A stretch of DNA of 64,000 bases from a virus, in IMG/VR virus record IMGVR_UViG_3300005663_000028, positions 1 to 64,000 of that record. The stretch is one strand, 5' to 3'. Positions 8,707 through 17,768 of the stretch are shown here, piece by piece. The notes beneath the pieces were generated by a model. That model ran no database searches, had not been told where the DNA came from, and worked only from the letters and a program-made list of their open reading frames with translations. A program made the position numbers and the translations under genes. Position 1 is the stretch's first letter. Each line of letters begins with the position of its first letter.

Positions 8707-9127
8707 CACCTACTATATGTGGTGTGCCCATACCAACCTACCTACCACATGGATAGTCCGATAACTCCGCCGCTACGTCCGAAAGGGGTACGCCCGATAA
8801 ATAGGGGATTTGGAAGGCGTGGGGGCGTCCGATAAGCCGACGGGGTTCAGGCAAATCCGGCCCCCAAAACCCACCCCCTGCCAAAAACAATAATGTATAT
8901 TTCATATCTGCAAAAACCCCGTCTTTAAGAATTTCGCTACATTAACCACCTCTTCTCCCTCCTCTTCATGTTGAAACAAACTTCAACACCCTCCTTTCAG
9001 TAAACACCGGTACACTTTTACTGCATAACGTTCCACCTAGTCGAACGATCTACATAGGGGGTGTACCCCTTTTATAGACGCTATATCAATAGACTTATAG
9101 GACTGAAAAAAGATGCAAAAATAATCT

Positions 9128-9212
9128 GAGACCATGCAACACAGGCCCCACTTACACGTATAATAGTATAGAGAGAAGATGTCGCAATGGTCTCATGAGC
9201 TTCGCACCTTTT
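9128..9212 (+). promoter_or_regulatory. ACGTATAAT promoter with GAGCTTCGCAC leader element (copy A1)
   Basis: ACGTATAAT 9156-9164; GAGACCAT/ATGGTCTC inverted repeat; ATGAGCTTCGCAC 9195-9207. Confidence 0.6.
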
Positions 9213-9225
9213 AGGAGACAACAGA

Positions 9226-9417
9226 ATGGACAAGACAGATTGGTCCGATCTCAACAAAATAGCAGACATAAGTGACGAGGAATCAAAAAGGTTGAATTCC
9301 CCAAGTGGTAGAAAATGTCCAGTGTGTACTAAAGAAATGACGACCGGAGATAACGAAGCTGCTGGTATCTGTAGTCGATGTTATGAAGAAGAAAATCTAG
9401 AACAGAAATTACGTTAA
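9226..9417 (+). CDS. small zinc-finger protein
   Basis: CPVC...CSRC; AGGAG SD. Confidence 0.6.
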   Translation: MDKTDWSDLNKIADISDEESKRLNSPSGRKCPVCTKEMTTGDNEAAGICSRCYEEENLEQKLR

Positions 9418-9420
9418 CCT

Positions 9421-9440
9421 CACTTTTGTGTCTCGCTAAC
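9421..9440 (+). repeat. 20-bp intergenic element CACTTTTGTGTCTNGCTAAC (B1)
   Basis: further copies at 10279, 10944, 57877 and 61623. Confidence 0.8.
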
Positions 9441-9455
9441 CGAAAGGAATAAATA

Positions 9456-9914
9456 ATGGGAATGAGTAGTACTGCTATCTTATTTTGGGGTCTCTGTAGT
9501 GATGAGGAAGAGGAGCATTGGAAAAATATCGGCAGGGATGAAGAAGACCTCGATTACTACAATCCATTCGATGATAATGATGATGATGAGCCAGACGATG
9601 AGGATTGGGAGGAAATCTATGCCACCAAAAAAGGGTTGCATTACCCCTCAGAACCACGCAATGAGTATTGGGATGCAAAACGTAAGCTTGTCAAGGAATC
9701 GGGATGCGAAATTGGTACCCATTGTTCATTTGATTATGGAATGCCCTATATAGCAATTACAGAAAGTGAAATTCGGGCATACCAAGGATGTCCAGAAAAG
9801 ATAGAGACCCTTGAAGTGAAATCTGACTGGGAACAAAAATTACGTGAGTTTTGTGGGGTTATGGGTATTAAGTGGTCTGAGCCGAGGTGGTGGATTGTAA
9901 GTTTATATGGCTAA
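9456..9914 (+). CDS. acidic hypothetical protein
   Basis: 152-aa ORF with AAGGA SD. Confidence 0.7.
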   Translation: MGMSSTAILFWGLCSDEEEEHWKNIGRDEEDLDYYNPFDDNDDDEPDDEDWEEIYATKKGLHYPSEPRNEYWDAKRKLVKESGCEIGTHCSFDYGMPYIAITESEIRAYQGCPEKIETLEVKSDWEQKLREFCGVMGIKWSEPRWWIVSLYG

Positions 9915-9915
9915 A

Positions 9916-9954
9916 GGTATCGGGAGTACCCGATCCCATGAGCTTCGCACTTTT
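9916..9954 (+). promoter_or_regulatory. hairpin + GAGCTTCGCAC leader element (A2)
   Basis: GGTATCGGG-AGTA-CCCGATCCC-ATGAGCTTCGCAC-TTTT. Confidence 0.7.
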
Positions 9955-9971
9955 CTTTGGAAGATGATGAG

Positions 9972-10250
9972 ATGCATGAAATGCCGATACACGTACTCGA
10001 CCAACTTAAGGCTGGGTTCAAAGATCAGTTGCGCGTTTTTAGACAGGAGTTAGACCACAAACAATTGGCGGTGCTTGATGCAATTCAGAACAATCTTGGG
10101 TGTGTGGCAATTCGTAACGGCGCAGAAAAGGTGGCGTTTGACAATTTGATGGAGATCATGCAGAAGGATTACAACGTGGCACAGTTGATTTTTACTCTTG
10201 CGTACTTTGGATTTGAAGATTGTTTACGCTCTGTACTAGACGAAGAGTAG
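9972..10250 (+). CDS. hypothetical protein
   Basis: ORF 9957..10250; start uncertain. Confidence 0.6.
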   Translation: MHEMPIHVLDQLKAGFKDQLRVFRQELDHKQLAVLDAIQNNLGCVAIRNGAEKVAFDNLMEIMQKDYNVAQLIFTLAYFGFEDCLRSVLDEE

Positions 10251-10278
10251 CGAAACAAGTTCGCTCCCGTTTGACCCT

Positions 10279-10298
10279 CACTTTTGTGTCTCGCTAAC
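10279..10298 (+). repeat. 20-bp element (B2)
   Basis: identical to 9421-9440. Confidence 0.8.
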
Positions 10299-10324
10299 TT
10301 AAGAAGAAAAAGGGAAAACAAAAC

Positions 10325-10465
10325 ATGAAAAACGGTACTTATTGTTACTTGTGGGTAGCTGGTATAATACTAACGGGACACAATGCTTTTAGTGTCCTGG
10401 ATACGCTGAAAGCCAAACTGGGCGAGATTCTACCCTACGGCCCAGAAGAAGGAGATAAATCATGA
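10325..10465 (+). CDS. small hypothetical protein (46 aa)
   Basis: manual translation MKNGTYCYLWVAGIILTGH...; ATGA overlap with the next gene. Confidence 0.5.
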   Translation: MKNGTYCYLWVAGIILTGHNAFSVLDTLKAKLGEILPYGPEEGDKS

Positions 10466-10962
10466 TACAAACAGTTTTAACTTTTGACAAAAGAGACGAA
10501 GCACAAATATGGAGTGCTGTTAAAAAGCTATTGGTTAATGAGAGGCATCTCAACGACGACGGAATAACTATTGTAGAACACGGGGCTCTTCAGTTAGAAA
10601 CAGCGATTCATCAATTGAAGGATAAGTTACCTGGGGTTAAATTCGACGTATCCAAACCAGAAGTTGTTTTTCAACAGCCAACGGTTTTTGTTGAAGTTGA
10701 GGGACCATCACATCTTTATCAATATGTGGTAAAAGAATTGAATAAAAGGTTGCCGGACAAAGAAGGGATATTGGTGTCGATTAAATCAAATCGCATAAAA
10801 GTGTCGGGACGATTTCCTCTTTTAACTATACAGGATTTAGTGCAATGTTTCAGAAATGTCAATGCTCACAAAAAGCTTCAAACACACATGCAAGACTTTA
10901 GGGATAAATCTATCACTGAGAGTAAATTGAGGGAGATGCTGAACACTTTTGTGTCTGGCTAA
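10462..10962 (+). CDS. hypothetical protein
   Basis: 166-aa ORF with GGAG SD. Confidence 0.7.
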   Translation: MIQTVLTFDKRDEAQIWSAVKKLLVNERHLNDDGITIVEHGALQLETAIHQLKDKLPGVKFDVSKPEVVFQQPTVFVEVEGPSHLYQYVVKELNKRLPDKEGILVSIKSNRIKVSGRFPLLTIQDLVQCFRNVNAHKKLQTHMQDFRDKSITESKLREMLNTFVSG

Positions 10963-10963
10963 C
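10944..10963 (+). repeat. 20-bp element (B3), contains the stop codon of the upstream gene
   Basis: CACTTTTGTGTCTGGCTAAC. Confidence 0.8.
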
Positions 10964-10979
10964 TTCTAGGAGATTCGAT

Positions 10980-11345
10980 ATGTCTAAAGCAGAACAGCAA
11001 TTAATTGCTAAAGAAATGGGTTGGAAAATTTGTGATCGGGTTTTATGCGGTGGGTGTGACGATGTAACATTAGAACCATGTGGTATTTTTGTAAATGGCG
11101 AACTATTTGATCCATTCATGCACGAGCACGACCTTGTTCGACTTATGGAAAAGATGAGGAAGAAGGGGTGGATGTTCGGTATTGCGATTGGGAATTTAGG
11201 GTACAGAATGGCAGCAAGTACGATCAGAGACCCATTAACAGAGGGGCGTTCTGATTGGTGTAAAACTTTTGTGGACGCTGCTTCTTTTGCGATTATTGAG
11301 GGATTAAAGAAACGCAGTGAGAAAAAAGGAACCAAAAATGGATAA
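10980..11345 (+). CDS. hypothetical protein
   Basis: AGGAG SD; part of the + strand gene train. Confidence 0.65.
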   Translation: MSKAEQQLIAKEMGWKICDRVLCGGCDDVTLEPCGIFVNGELFDPFMHEHDLVRLMEKMRKKGWMFGIAIGNLGYRMAASTIRDPLTEGRSDWCKTFVDAASFAIIEGLKKRSEKKGTKNG

Positions 11346-11655
11346 ATCAGTAGCAATGGGAGTACACACTTTAGATCAGTCAATTGCTTATTTGTCGGAA
11401 CTAATCGGTGATGCTTCGACAATTGACAGTGAGGCTGTGTCTACTTTATTGGCTGCATTATTACCACTATTGAGAGCAATAGGGTTTACACCCTCTGAGG
11501 ATGAGGAAAGCAAGGAAGCTGTAGATTGGATTAAGCAACATTTGGATAATAGCGATAATTTTATTTACTTACTTTCGGCGTGTGCTTATTGTGGGTTGTT
11601 ATCTGCGATGTTAGCTAATGCTCAGGTTGGTGATGTGGAGCCAGATACAGAATGA
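11338..11655 (+). CDS. hypothetical protein
   Basis: ATG at 11338 with an AAGGA SD. Confidence 0.65.
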   Translation: MDKSVAMGVHTLDQSIAYLSELIGDASTIDSEAVSTLLAALLPLLRAIGFTPSEDEESKEAVDWIKQHLDNSDNFIYLLSACAYCGLLSAMLANAQVGDVEPDTE

Positions 11656-12266
11656 AGGCAGAACCAGGAGATAGGATTGGTATTACCAATCCAAAATTAG
11701 TAGGTTGGTATGGGAATACATATACTGTAATACCCCCTAAGATGTTGTTCCTCAGGGATGATGGCAAGTGGCTTGAACATGTTTTTGTTTCGCATAGGTA
11801 TGGTTGGACCATGATTAGACATGAAGACTATATGGTACTTTCAAGACCCCAGGACCGTTCGGTTTATTTGTACATTACTCCAGAAATGTATAGGGACATG
11901 TATCGATGGGCAAATGATGAAAAAGTGAAGCAGGTTGCTGATACAGTTGGACAAGTCTCTGACCAAGGAATTTGCCCTGATTGTAATGGTAGGGGTAAAA
12001 TAACAATGCTCAATTTTGATGTTGACTGTGATTGCGTGAAAAACGGAGCACGACAGAGTATCGAGAAGTTGGATAGGGTATTAAAAAAGGGGTTTGAAGG
12101 AACAGTTTGTAAAAACTGTTCATATGAGTTCTGTGAATGCGATGGAACATGTGATGAGGGTGATGGTCAATCATGTATTAGTTGTGAAGTTTGGACTTGT
12201 GGAGGTTGCTTAATAGATGGTATGTGCGGAAATTGTTTTTCCAAACTTCAGGGAGATGTTAACTGA
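11652..12266 (+). CDS. Cys-rich zinc-finger protein
   Basis: CPDCNGRG DnaJ-like ribbon plus several further CxxC pairs. Confidence 0.65.
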   Translation: MKAEPGDRIGITNPKLVGWYGNTYTVIPPKMLFLRDDGKWLEHVFVSHRYGWTMIRHEDYMVLSRPQDRSVYLYITPEMYRDMYRWANDEKVKQVADTVGQVSDQGICPDCNGRGKITMLNFDVDCDCVKNGARQSIEKLDRVLKKGFEGTVCKNCSYEFCECDGTCDEGDGQSCISCEVWTCGGCLIDGMCGNCFSKLQGDVN

Positions 12267-12693
12267 TAAATCAATTAACTGGGGAAAGAAGAGGTGTGTA
12301 ATGGGTCAGTGTGGGTGTTATGAAGGAAATCAAGCATATAGAATCAAGGCTCCCAACGGGTGGTATGTGATAGAGCTACTTCCAGGCTGCAATTATTGTG
12401 ATCATGGTCCTGGACTATCTATTTGTCACCCAGAAGCAATGGATCATCTAGAAGGAGGGGATATTCTTTGTTTACCAGAGCTTCCTTGGTGTGGTCCTGG
12501 AGAATTCAAGTTGGCTACATTCAAATGTGGGTTATCTCCTACAGAATCTGGAGAAGCGGCTGTGAAATGTTTTGTGTCCGAAGACTGTGAATGCAAAATA
12601 GACGAAGATTTAGCAGACATTCTTGGGGAAGATTTTTGGAAGGAGTATTTAGATAAGTCTCCTAGCTTAGTTGAGGTAAAAAATGAAGTTTAG
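12256..12693 (+). CDS. Cys-containing hypothetical protein
   Basis: ORF 12217..12693; start at 12256 or 12301. Confidence 0.6.
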   Translation: MLTDKSINWGKKRCVMGQCGCYEGNQAYRIKAPNGWYVIELLPGCNYCDHGPGLSICHPEAMDHLEGGDILCLPELPWCGPGEFKLATFKCGLSPTESGEAAVKCFVSEDCECKIDEDLADILGEDFWKEYLDKSPSLVEVKNEV

Positions 12694-12928
12694 ACGATGG
12701 TGCCGAAATTGTAATTGTGAACAAGAAGTTGCTCCTATTATGGGGTACGAAGATTCCTGGAGAAAACTGTTTTGGCTTTTAGAGTTTCTTAGAACAGAGG
12801 AGACGATAGCAGAAGCTACGTTCGATGAATATATGGAACATCTTATGTTTTTTGGGAAACTGGCTTTTGATGCTGACGATGAAATAGAAAAGAGATTAAA
12901 AGAGGAGGAGGTTTCTGATAATGACTGA
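12683..12928 (+). CDS. hypothetical protein
   Basis: overlapping gene train; N-terminal CxxC. Confidence 0.6.
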   Translation: MKFRRWCRNCNCEQEVAPIMGYEDSWRKLFWLLEFLRTEETIAEATFDEYMEHLMFFGKLAFDADDEIEKRLKEEEVSDND

Positions 12929-13244
12929 TGGATTTTCTGACAGAGCCACTCCCAGTCCGGGAGAATACGATAAAATTACTTGTGGTGTTTGTGGTTCACT
13001 TATGGATGTTAAGAGAAACGTGATGAGTGCTACGGGAATGGCTGAAGCTATGTCTAAGAGACAACATTTACACGATGTTTTTTGGTGTTCTGATATTGAA
13101 GCAGATTGGCATATTCAAGCTAAGGCGATTCAGGAGTTGGCCAGAAAAACGCCTAGCCAAAAAACAGAAATTGCGCTATTGGTAGAGGCGTTGGATATTA
13201 TCAGAAATCGTTGTGCTACTAAAAAGGTGAGTAAATTTCAATGA
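12921..13244 (+). CDS. hypothetical protein
   Basis: GGAGG SD; CGVC motif. Confidence 0.65.
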   Translation: MTDGFSDRATPSPGEYDKITCGVCGSLMDVKRNVMSATGMAEAMSKRQHLHDVFWCSDIEADWHIQAKAIQELARKTPSQKTEIALLVEALDIIRNRCATKKVSKFQ

Positions 13245-13468
13245 TTTCATTAAGACGAATAGATACTAAATTTGGAGTGTCGCTTTATGGGGCTTTGGTT
13301 GGACACTTGGTGAATACTACTCGTGGATGGGTATACCTTTCTTCGGAATATAAACCGTTGATTTATGGCCGTAGTAGTGACTTGCTGAAAGATGAGCTTG
13401 TCGAGGTGAATGATATATTGGCGTTGCTTAACACTCCACAACTAAGGGGTTGTAATGAAGAAAATTAA
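13241..13468 (+). CDS. hypothetical protein
   Basis: ATGA overlap with the upstream gene. Confidence 0.55.
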   Translation: MISLRRIDTKFGVSLYGALVGHLVNTTRGWVYLSSEYKPLIYGRSSDLLKDELVEVNDILALLNTPQLRGCNEEN

Positions 13469-13721
13469 TTGGCGACTTAATATTGCGTGTGATTTTTGGC
13501 GAGCCCAGGTTGGCAATGTTGTGCTTTCCTGTTATAGGGATCAGGGTAATGACTGGTTGGCATTTGTTGATTTTAACGGGTCCACGAAAGAGGGGGATTG
13601 TCATAAATCATTGGGTTCGGCGAGGCAAGAGGCTATTGATTTAGCTTGTGAATTGCTTCTTGAGTATCGTGAGGCTCTGGAAAAAGAGATGGATAATTTT
13701 GAGATGACAGGAGTTAATTAA
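13455..13721 (+). CDS. hypothetical protein
   Basis: gene train. Confidence 0.6.
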   Translation: MKKINWRLNIACDFWRAQVGNVVLSCYRDQGNDWLAFVDFNGSTKEGDCHKSLGSARQEAIDLACELLLEYREALEKEMDNFEMTGVN

Positions 13722-13722
13722 C

Positions 13723-13998
13723 ATGCAATATTGTTATATTTGTGCCCAAGAGATTCTCGCAAGTAATCTTCCACACAAATGTGATTCTGGTACTCCAGAA
13801 TCACGTAACTGCGTTGATTGTGTCTTAAGGGATATTGAAATTGTTCGCCTGAAAGGCGAACTTATGTGTTTTGAGGAAGTGGTAAAGAAGGTGTGTGATG
13901 TAGAATTAATACCCGCTGCGTGCAGTGCTGTTTGGAGAATGAAGTTGGAAAAGTTGAAGCCACTGGTTGATGAGCTTCGTAAACTTCTAGAGGAATAA
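13723..13998 (+). CDS. hypothetical protein
   Basis: AGGAG SD; CxxC motifs and coiled coil. Confidence 0.6.
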   Translation: MQYCYICAQEILASNLPHKCDSGTPESRNCVDCVLRDIEIVRLKGELMCFEEVVKKVCDVELIPAACSAVWRMKLEKLKPLVDELRKLLEE

Positions 13999-14246
13999 CA
14001 TGTTTTGGGTTATTTTGGTTGTTGGTCTTTTCGCTGCTGGTTATACTGGGTATGGGTTTTGGCAATTAAAGGATTTTGATAAATGAGACGATTTTTGTGT
14101 TTTTTTGGTTTTCATGATCTTGTGAGAATTAAATCGTATGATATTTTTTGTAGGGTGCTTTATGACTGTCATGAAATTTGGGAATGTGAAAGATGCGGTG
14201 TTTGGTTGCCCACGAATTTTCCCGTAGATGATGGAGATTGATTGTT

Positions 14247-15002
14247 ATGGATAGATTAGATTGGAACAACAGAAATCGATTGTCGTGGTGGTTTCCTAAG
14301 ATACCAAAAGAGATATTAGTCCCAGAAACACGGATTTTTCCGAAATGCGTTTGGGCAGATTGTGGTGCAAACCATTTTGTTCTTATTGGTGTTTTGGATG
14401 GTAGGAAACCAGAAGCGTTTGATACTTTGTGTTGGCAACTAAAAGCGGCGGGAGACGAGCTTGGATATCCATTTTTTCTGAGAACTGATTATCTGAGTGG
14501 TAAACATGGATGGAACGATACCTGTTTCGTGACACACGCAATCGAAATTCCTTGTCACGTAGCTCGGTTGATTGAAGAAAGTATTGGGGCTGACATACTT
14601 GGGTTTCCACCAGATTGTTGGATAGCTAGAAAAATGATTTCTACTATCCCTTCGTTTTTTGCTTTTCATGGAGACATGCCCATCGTGAAGGAACGACGAT
14701 ACTTTGTGCAAGACAGCAAAGTGTTGTGTCACCACCCCTATTGGCCTTCAGAGGCTTTTGACTTTGTTCGTGTGTCTATTGATAGTTGGCCCACGCAATT
14801 GGACGAGATGAATTATCAAAGTTCAGGTGAAATTAGTTTGTTGTCTGATTTGAGTGCCAAGGTGGGCGGTGTAGTGGGTGGTGCATGGTCGATTGATTGG
14901 TTGTGGTCAGAGCCAGAACAACAGTGGTACTTGATAGATATGGCTGAGGCTGAAACAAGCTATCACTGGAAAAATTGTTTCAATTTTTCGGACGTTAAAT
15001 AA
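14247..15002 (+). CDS. ATP-grasp-like protein
   Basis: FFLRTD..SGKH, E.RYFV, WSIDW and YLIDMA segments match ATP-grasp strand motifs. Confidence 0.5.
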   Translation: MDRLDWNNRNRLSWWFPKIPKEILVPETRIFPKCVWADCGANHFVLIGVLDGRKPEAFDTLCWQLKAAGDELGYPFFLRTDYLSGKHGWNDTCFVTHAIEIPCHVARLIEESIGADILGFPPDCWIARKMISTIPSFFAFHGDMPIVKERRYFVQDSKVLCHHPYWPSEAFDFVRVSIDSWPTQLDEMNYQSSGEISLLSDLSAKVGGVVGGAWSIDWLWSEPEQQWYLIDMAEAETSYHWKNCFNFSDVK

Positions 15003-15030
15003 TTTTATTTTTCTGGGATATTTTGAGTAG

Positions 15031-15093
15031 TTAGACGTATCACAAGGTATCAGGGAATTGGGCATCCCAATTCCTGGAGCTTCGCACTTTTTT
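15031..15093 (+). promoter_or_regulatory. ACGTATCAC + hairpin + GAGCTTCGCAC leader element (A3)
   Basis: TTAGACGTATCACAAGGTAT-CAGGGAATTGGG-CAT-CCCAATTCCTG-GAGCTTCGCAC-TTTTTT. Confidence 0.7.
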
Positions 15094-15105
15094 AGGAACG
15101 CAGAT

Positions 15106-15294
15106 ATGGACACTAAAGTAGATTATAAGACAGTAGAAGTACCAAGGTTTATTGCGTGGGATGATTTTAAGGTGCTCAGTGTTTTACGAAGTGAGTCTCA
15201 TGATGGTTGGAGGTTGGTTGGTGTTCAAAAGAGTATCTTAGGTCGCCAGATGTATATTTTTTCTAAGTCGCTTGGGCAGAAGGTGGTCGTATGA
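15106..15294 (+). CDS. small hypothetical protein
   Basis: ATG at 15106 with an AGGA SD after element A3. Confidence 0.55.
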   Translation: MDTKVDYKTVEVPRFIAWDDFKVLSVLRSESHDGWRLVGVQKSILGRQMYIFSKSLGQKVVV

Positions 15295-15599
15295 ACAAAA
15301 TACAATTACACTGTATGTGTTGCGATCGTATTCTTGAAGGGGAGAAATGGGACGATAACCCGTTGACTATTAACCCCGTATATAATGGTCTAATTTTTCG
15401 ATCTAACGGTAACTTTGGATCAACTATTTTTGATCCCATGCCCATTGGTAATGAAGAGTTTCTTCAAGTTGTTATCTGTGATTTTTGTGTCATGCAGAGG
15501 GACGAGCGAGTAACGAGGGTTTATAACATAAAGACAACAAAAACTGCCGAGTCAGAATCTTTTGAGGTGGAGGAAAGGGAAGAAAATGATCAACACTGA
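15291..15599 (+). CDS. hypothetical protein
   Basis: gene train; CxxC motifs. Confidence 0.6.
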   Translation: MNKIQLHCMCCDRILEGEKWDDNPLTINPVYNGLIFRSNGNFGSTIFDPMPIGNEEFLQVVICDFCVMQRDERVTRVYNIKTTKTAESESFEVEEREENDQH

Positions 15600-16242
15600 T
15601 AATCCAATAATTTCACTAGACCTGGAAACGGGTGGGTTGGAACCTGGGAAGCATTCGGTTTTGTCTATTGGCGCTGTTGTCGTACCTAATCCAGGAAACT
15701 TTGAAGATAAAAACATTACCTATGATGTTACAGAAGAGAACTCATTCTATGTTCAACTTGAGTGGCCTACTGTTGTTGTTGATCCTAGGGCTATGCAGAT
15801 TCATAAATTGAATATCGTAAGTCCACCCGGATACGGTGGCGATATGTTGAGTATGAGTCAGGACGGGACTGAGGGGCTCAAGCGATTTGGTAAATGGATT
15901 TCACGATTAGTTTTACACACCAATCAGTTGGTATATGCCCTTGGGGTTAATGTTGGTTCGTTTGATTTGAAAATGTTGCGTTCTCCATGGAATGATTTAA
16001 ATGGTCTTTTTTGGCCATTTCATTATCGGTCGATTGATTTAAATAGTCTGTTCTTTGCTTTAGCTAGTAGGCGAAATATGTCTTTCAGCGATGTAAAGAA
16101 AGAGATAACTGAAACTGCTTGGAAAAGAAGTGGTTTTTCTACTGACATGGAGCATCATGCCCTTGCTGATGCGTGGTCTAATGTGTATGTGTGGGAAGAA
16201 TGCCTTAAGCAGTTTGGTGGTGATTGTGAGGTAGCGTGTTAA
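15586..16242 (+). CDS. DEDDh 3'-5' exonuclease (DnaQ-like)
   Basis: LDLETGG (ExoI), N..FD (ExoII), HHALADA (ExoIII). Confidence 0.85.
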   Translation: MINTDNPIISLDLETGGLEPGKHSVLSIGAVVVPNPGNFEDKNITYDVTEENSFYVQLEWPTVVVDPRAMQIHKLNIVSPPGYGGDMLSMSQDGTEGLKRFGKWISRLVLHTNQLVYALGVNVGSFDLKMLRSPWNDLNGLFWPFHYRSIDLNSLFFALASRRNMSFSDVKKEITETAWKRSGFSTDMEHHALADAWSNVYVWEECLKQFGGDCEVAC

Positions 16243-16412
16243 AATGAAGAAGCATTGGTATTATGGTCATCCTGGGTTTTTCCGTGGCCTTGCCCTCTTG
16301 GTAGGGACAGTGATTATTGTCGTTCCGCTTTGGACCCTTCTCCAGTCTCCAGGCTGTAATTTCTATTTTGGATCACAGATTGTAGACATTCTGAACCAGG
16401 AGAGCCAAACTG

Positions 16413-16643
16413 ATGGCAAATAAAGGTCCGATTTATAAAGAAAAGGGCATAGTGGCTAATTCTGAATTACTAGCCCAGCTTCAAGTTGCTGTAAAAGAGC
16501 TTGAGGTACGTATGGTGGCTGATGTTCAGGTTTTCAGAGGGGGTCACGATGCTGGGTGGGGTGTTGGTAAGGCTCAACGTGGAATTGCTGTTGATGCTGT
16601 GATTTCGATTGCTCGGGTTATTAAGGGATTGAAAGGGTGGTAA
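16413..16643 (+). CDS. hypothetical protein
   Basis: AGGAG SD. Confidence 0.55.
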   Translation: MANKGPIYKEKGIVANSELLAQLQVAVKELEVRMVADVQVFRGGHDAGWGVGKAQRGIAVDAVISIARVIKGLKGW

Positions 16644-16685
16644 GGGAACCACGTCCGTGTGGTTCCCGTAAAGAGGAGAATTAGT

Positions 16686-17120
16686 ATGGTAAATGTTGAG
16701 TTGAATCTTGGTCCGTTTAATGATTGCATAACTGGGCTTAGTGATAGAGGTGTTGCTGAATATCGACTACTTAAGAGAACTGCGTTTACCTACAATGCCA
16801 AAAGGGAGCCTATTCGAATCATCGATTCATCTGATGATATGGTTACGGTTCACTTACTCCGTCTAGGGTTGGCAAAAAAGAACGACACCCCAGACAACCG
16901 TCGGGAGTTAATTAGGGCGGTTGAATTAGATATATTGAAGATGGTTTATGAGGTTGCCAATGCTGCCGAAATTAGTTTAACAAGCTTGACTGTACTGGAT
17001 AGGGTTAAGATACCGATTAAATCTGCGACAATAGGTTGTGACGAGTTTGGTATACTTCGCATTATAGTAGAGGTTGGTATTTGTTCGTTTGAAGATGAGG
17101 CCGTGGTGGTCGGGAAGTGA
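16686..17120 (+). CDS. hypothetical protein
   Basis: ATG at 16686 with a GAGGAG SD. Confidence 0.6.
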   Translation: MVNVELNLGPFNDCITGLSDRGVAEYRLLKRTAFTYNAKREPIRIIDSSDDMVTVHLLRLGLAKKNDTPDNRRELIRAVELDILKMVYEVANAAEISLTSLTVLDRVKIPIKSATIGCDEFGILRIIVEVGICSFEDEAVVVGK

Positions 17121-17179
17121 TATTAGTGTTTGCAACGTGCAAACACAGAGTGGTTTTTGAATAGAAGAGGAGAAGTATT

Positions 17180-17476
17180 ATGAAGAAGCAGTTTGTGACT
17201 CTGTTGGGTGTTGGTTTGATGTTGGTTGCTGTTGGCTGTACGAGCCGTACTCGTGTTACGTTTGGTCCCTTGAGTGTCGCTGGTCAGACACAGGCTTTTG
17301 AGACGGAACAGCCGTTTTCGTTTGACCTTAGTCCGAATAAGGTTGGCTTTACTGTCGGCTATGTCGGATGGTCGGTCGAGAGTATGTTTGGGAGTTGTGA
17401 AGAGGTGATTGGAGCTTCTCATGCTACTGGAGATACCGAGAAGGTGCTTGAAGCAGTTCCCGCTCTTAATGAATAA
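17180..17476 (+). CDS. putative lipoprotein
   Basis: MKKQFVTLLGVGLMLVAVG-C: signal peptide with lipobox. Confidence 0.65.
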   Translation: MKKQFVTLLGVGLMLVAVGCTSRTRVTFGPLSVAGQTQAFETEQPFSFDLSPNKVGFTVGYVGWSVESMFGSCEEVIGASHATGDTEKVLEAVPALNE

Positions 17477-17481
17477 GGAGG

Positions 17482-17757
17482 TTGATTGTGAAGATAGATG
17501 ATGTGGTTAGGATTGACAAGTGTGAGATGTGTCCAGGTGTTGTGGGTAAGGTGGTTCCAGTCAAGGGGTTTAGGGAAGATACCGAGACGATGGTGAAATT
17601 AGGTTTTGGTCGAGGTAGGCCAGCGGCTGGTCGTCCTGAGTTTTTCAGTGTTGATGATCTTACGGTGGTAAATGTTCATATACTTGGAGATACGGAGAAT
17701 CCTGCATCTTCCGAGGATGTTGAGCAAACAGTTGAAAGTTTGCAGGACAAAGAATAA
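17482..17757 (+). CDS. hypothetical protein
   Basis: AGGAGG SD, TTG start. Confidence 0.6.
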   Translation: MIVKIDDVVRIDKCEMCPGVVGKVVPVKGFREDTETMVKLGFGRGRPAAGRPEFFSVDDLTVVNVHILGDTENPASSEDVEQTVESLQDKE

Positions 17758-17768
17758 GGGGGATTGGG

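Larger units (their letters stand above)
3447..8836. repeat. dispersed (GT)CCGATAA / TTATCGG(AC) motif field
   Basis: about 54 exact CCGATAA/TTATCGG copies by manual count, plus many single-base variants, on both strands. Confidence 0.9.

Noticed and set aside
3447-8836. TTATCGGAC as a DnaA box
   Set aside because: It shares only TTATC with TTATCCACA; the conserved CACA half is absent, so host DnaA binding is not supported
8400-9200. GC-skew switch as proof of a replication origin
   Set aside because: The skew follows gene orientation and flips again at 21.8 and 28.1 kb, so it is not independent evidence
9421-9440. 20-bp element as an integron attC site
   Set aside because: No RYYYAAC...GTTRRRY pair or long imperfect palindrome, and no integrase in the window
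9916-9954. Leader element as a CRISPR-repeat mimic (Racr)
   Set aside because: No resemblance to a CRISPR repeat family I can recognise, and the stem sequence varies too much; a repeat-database search would be needed
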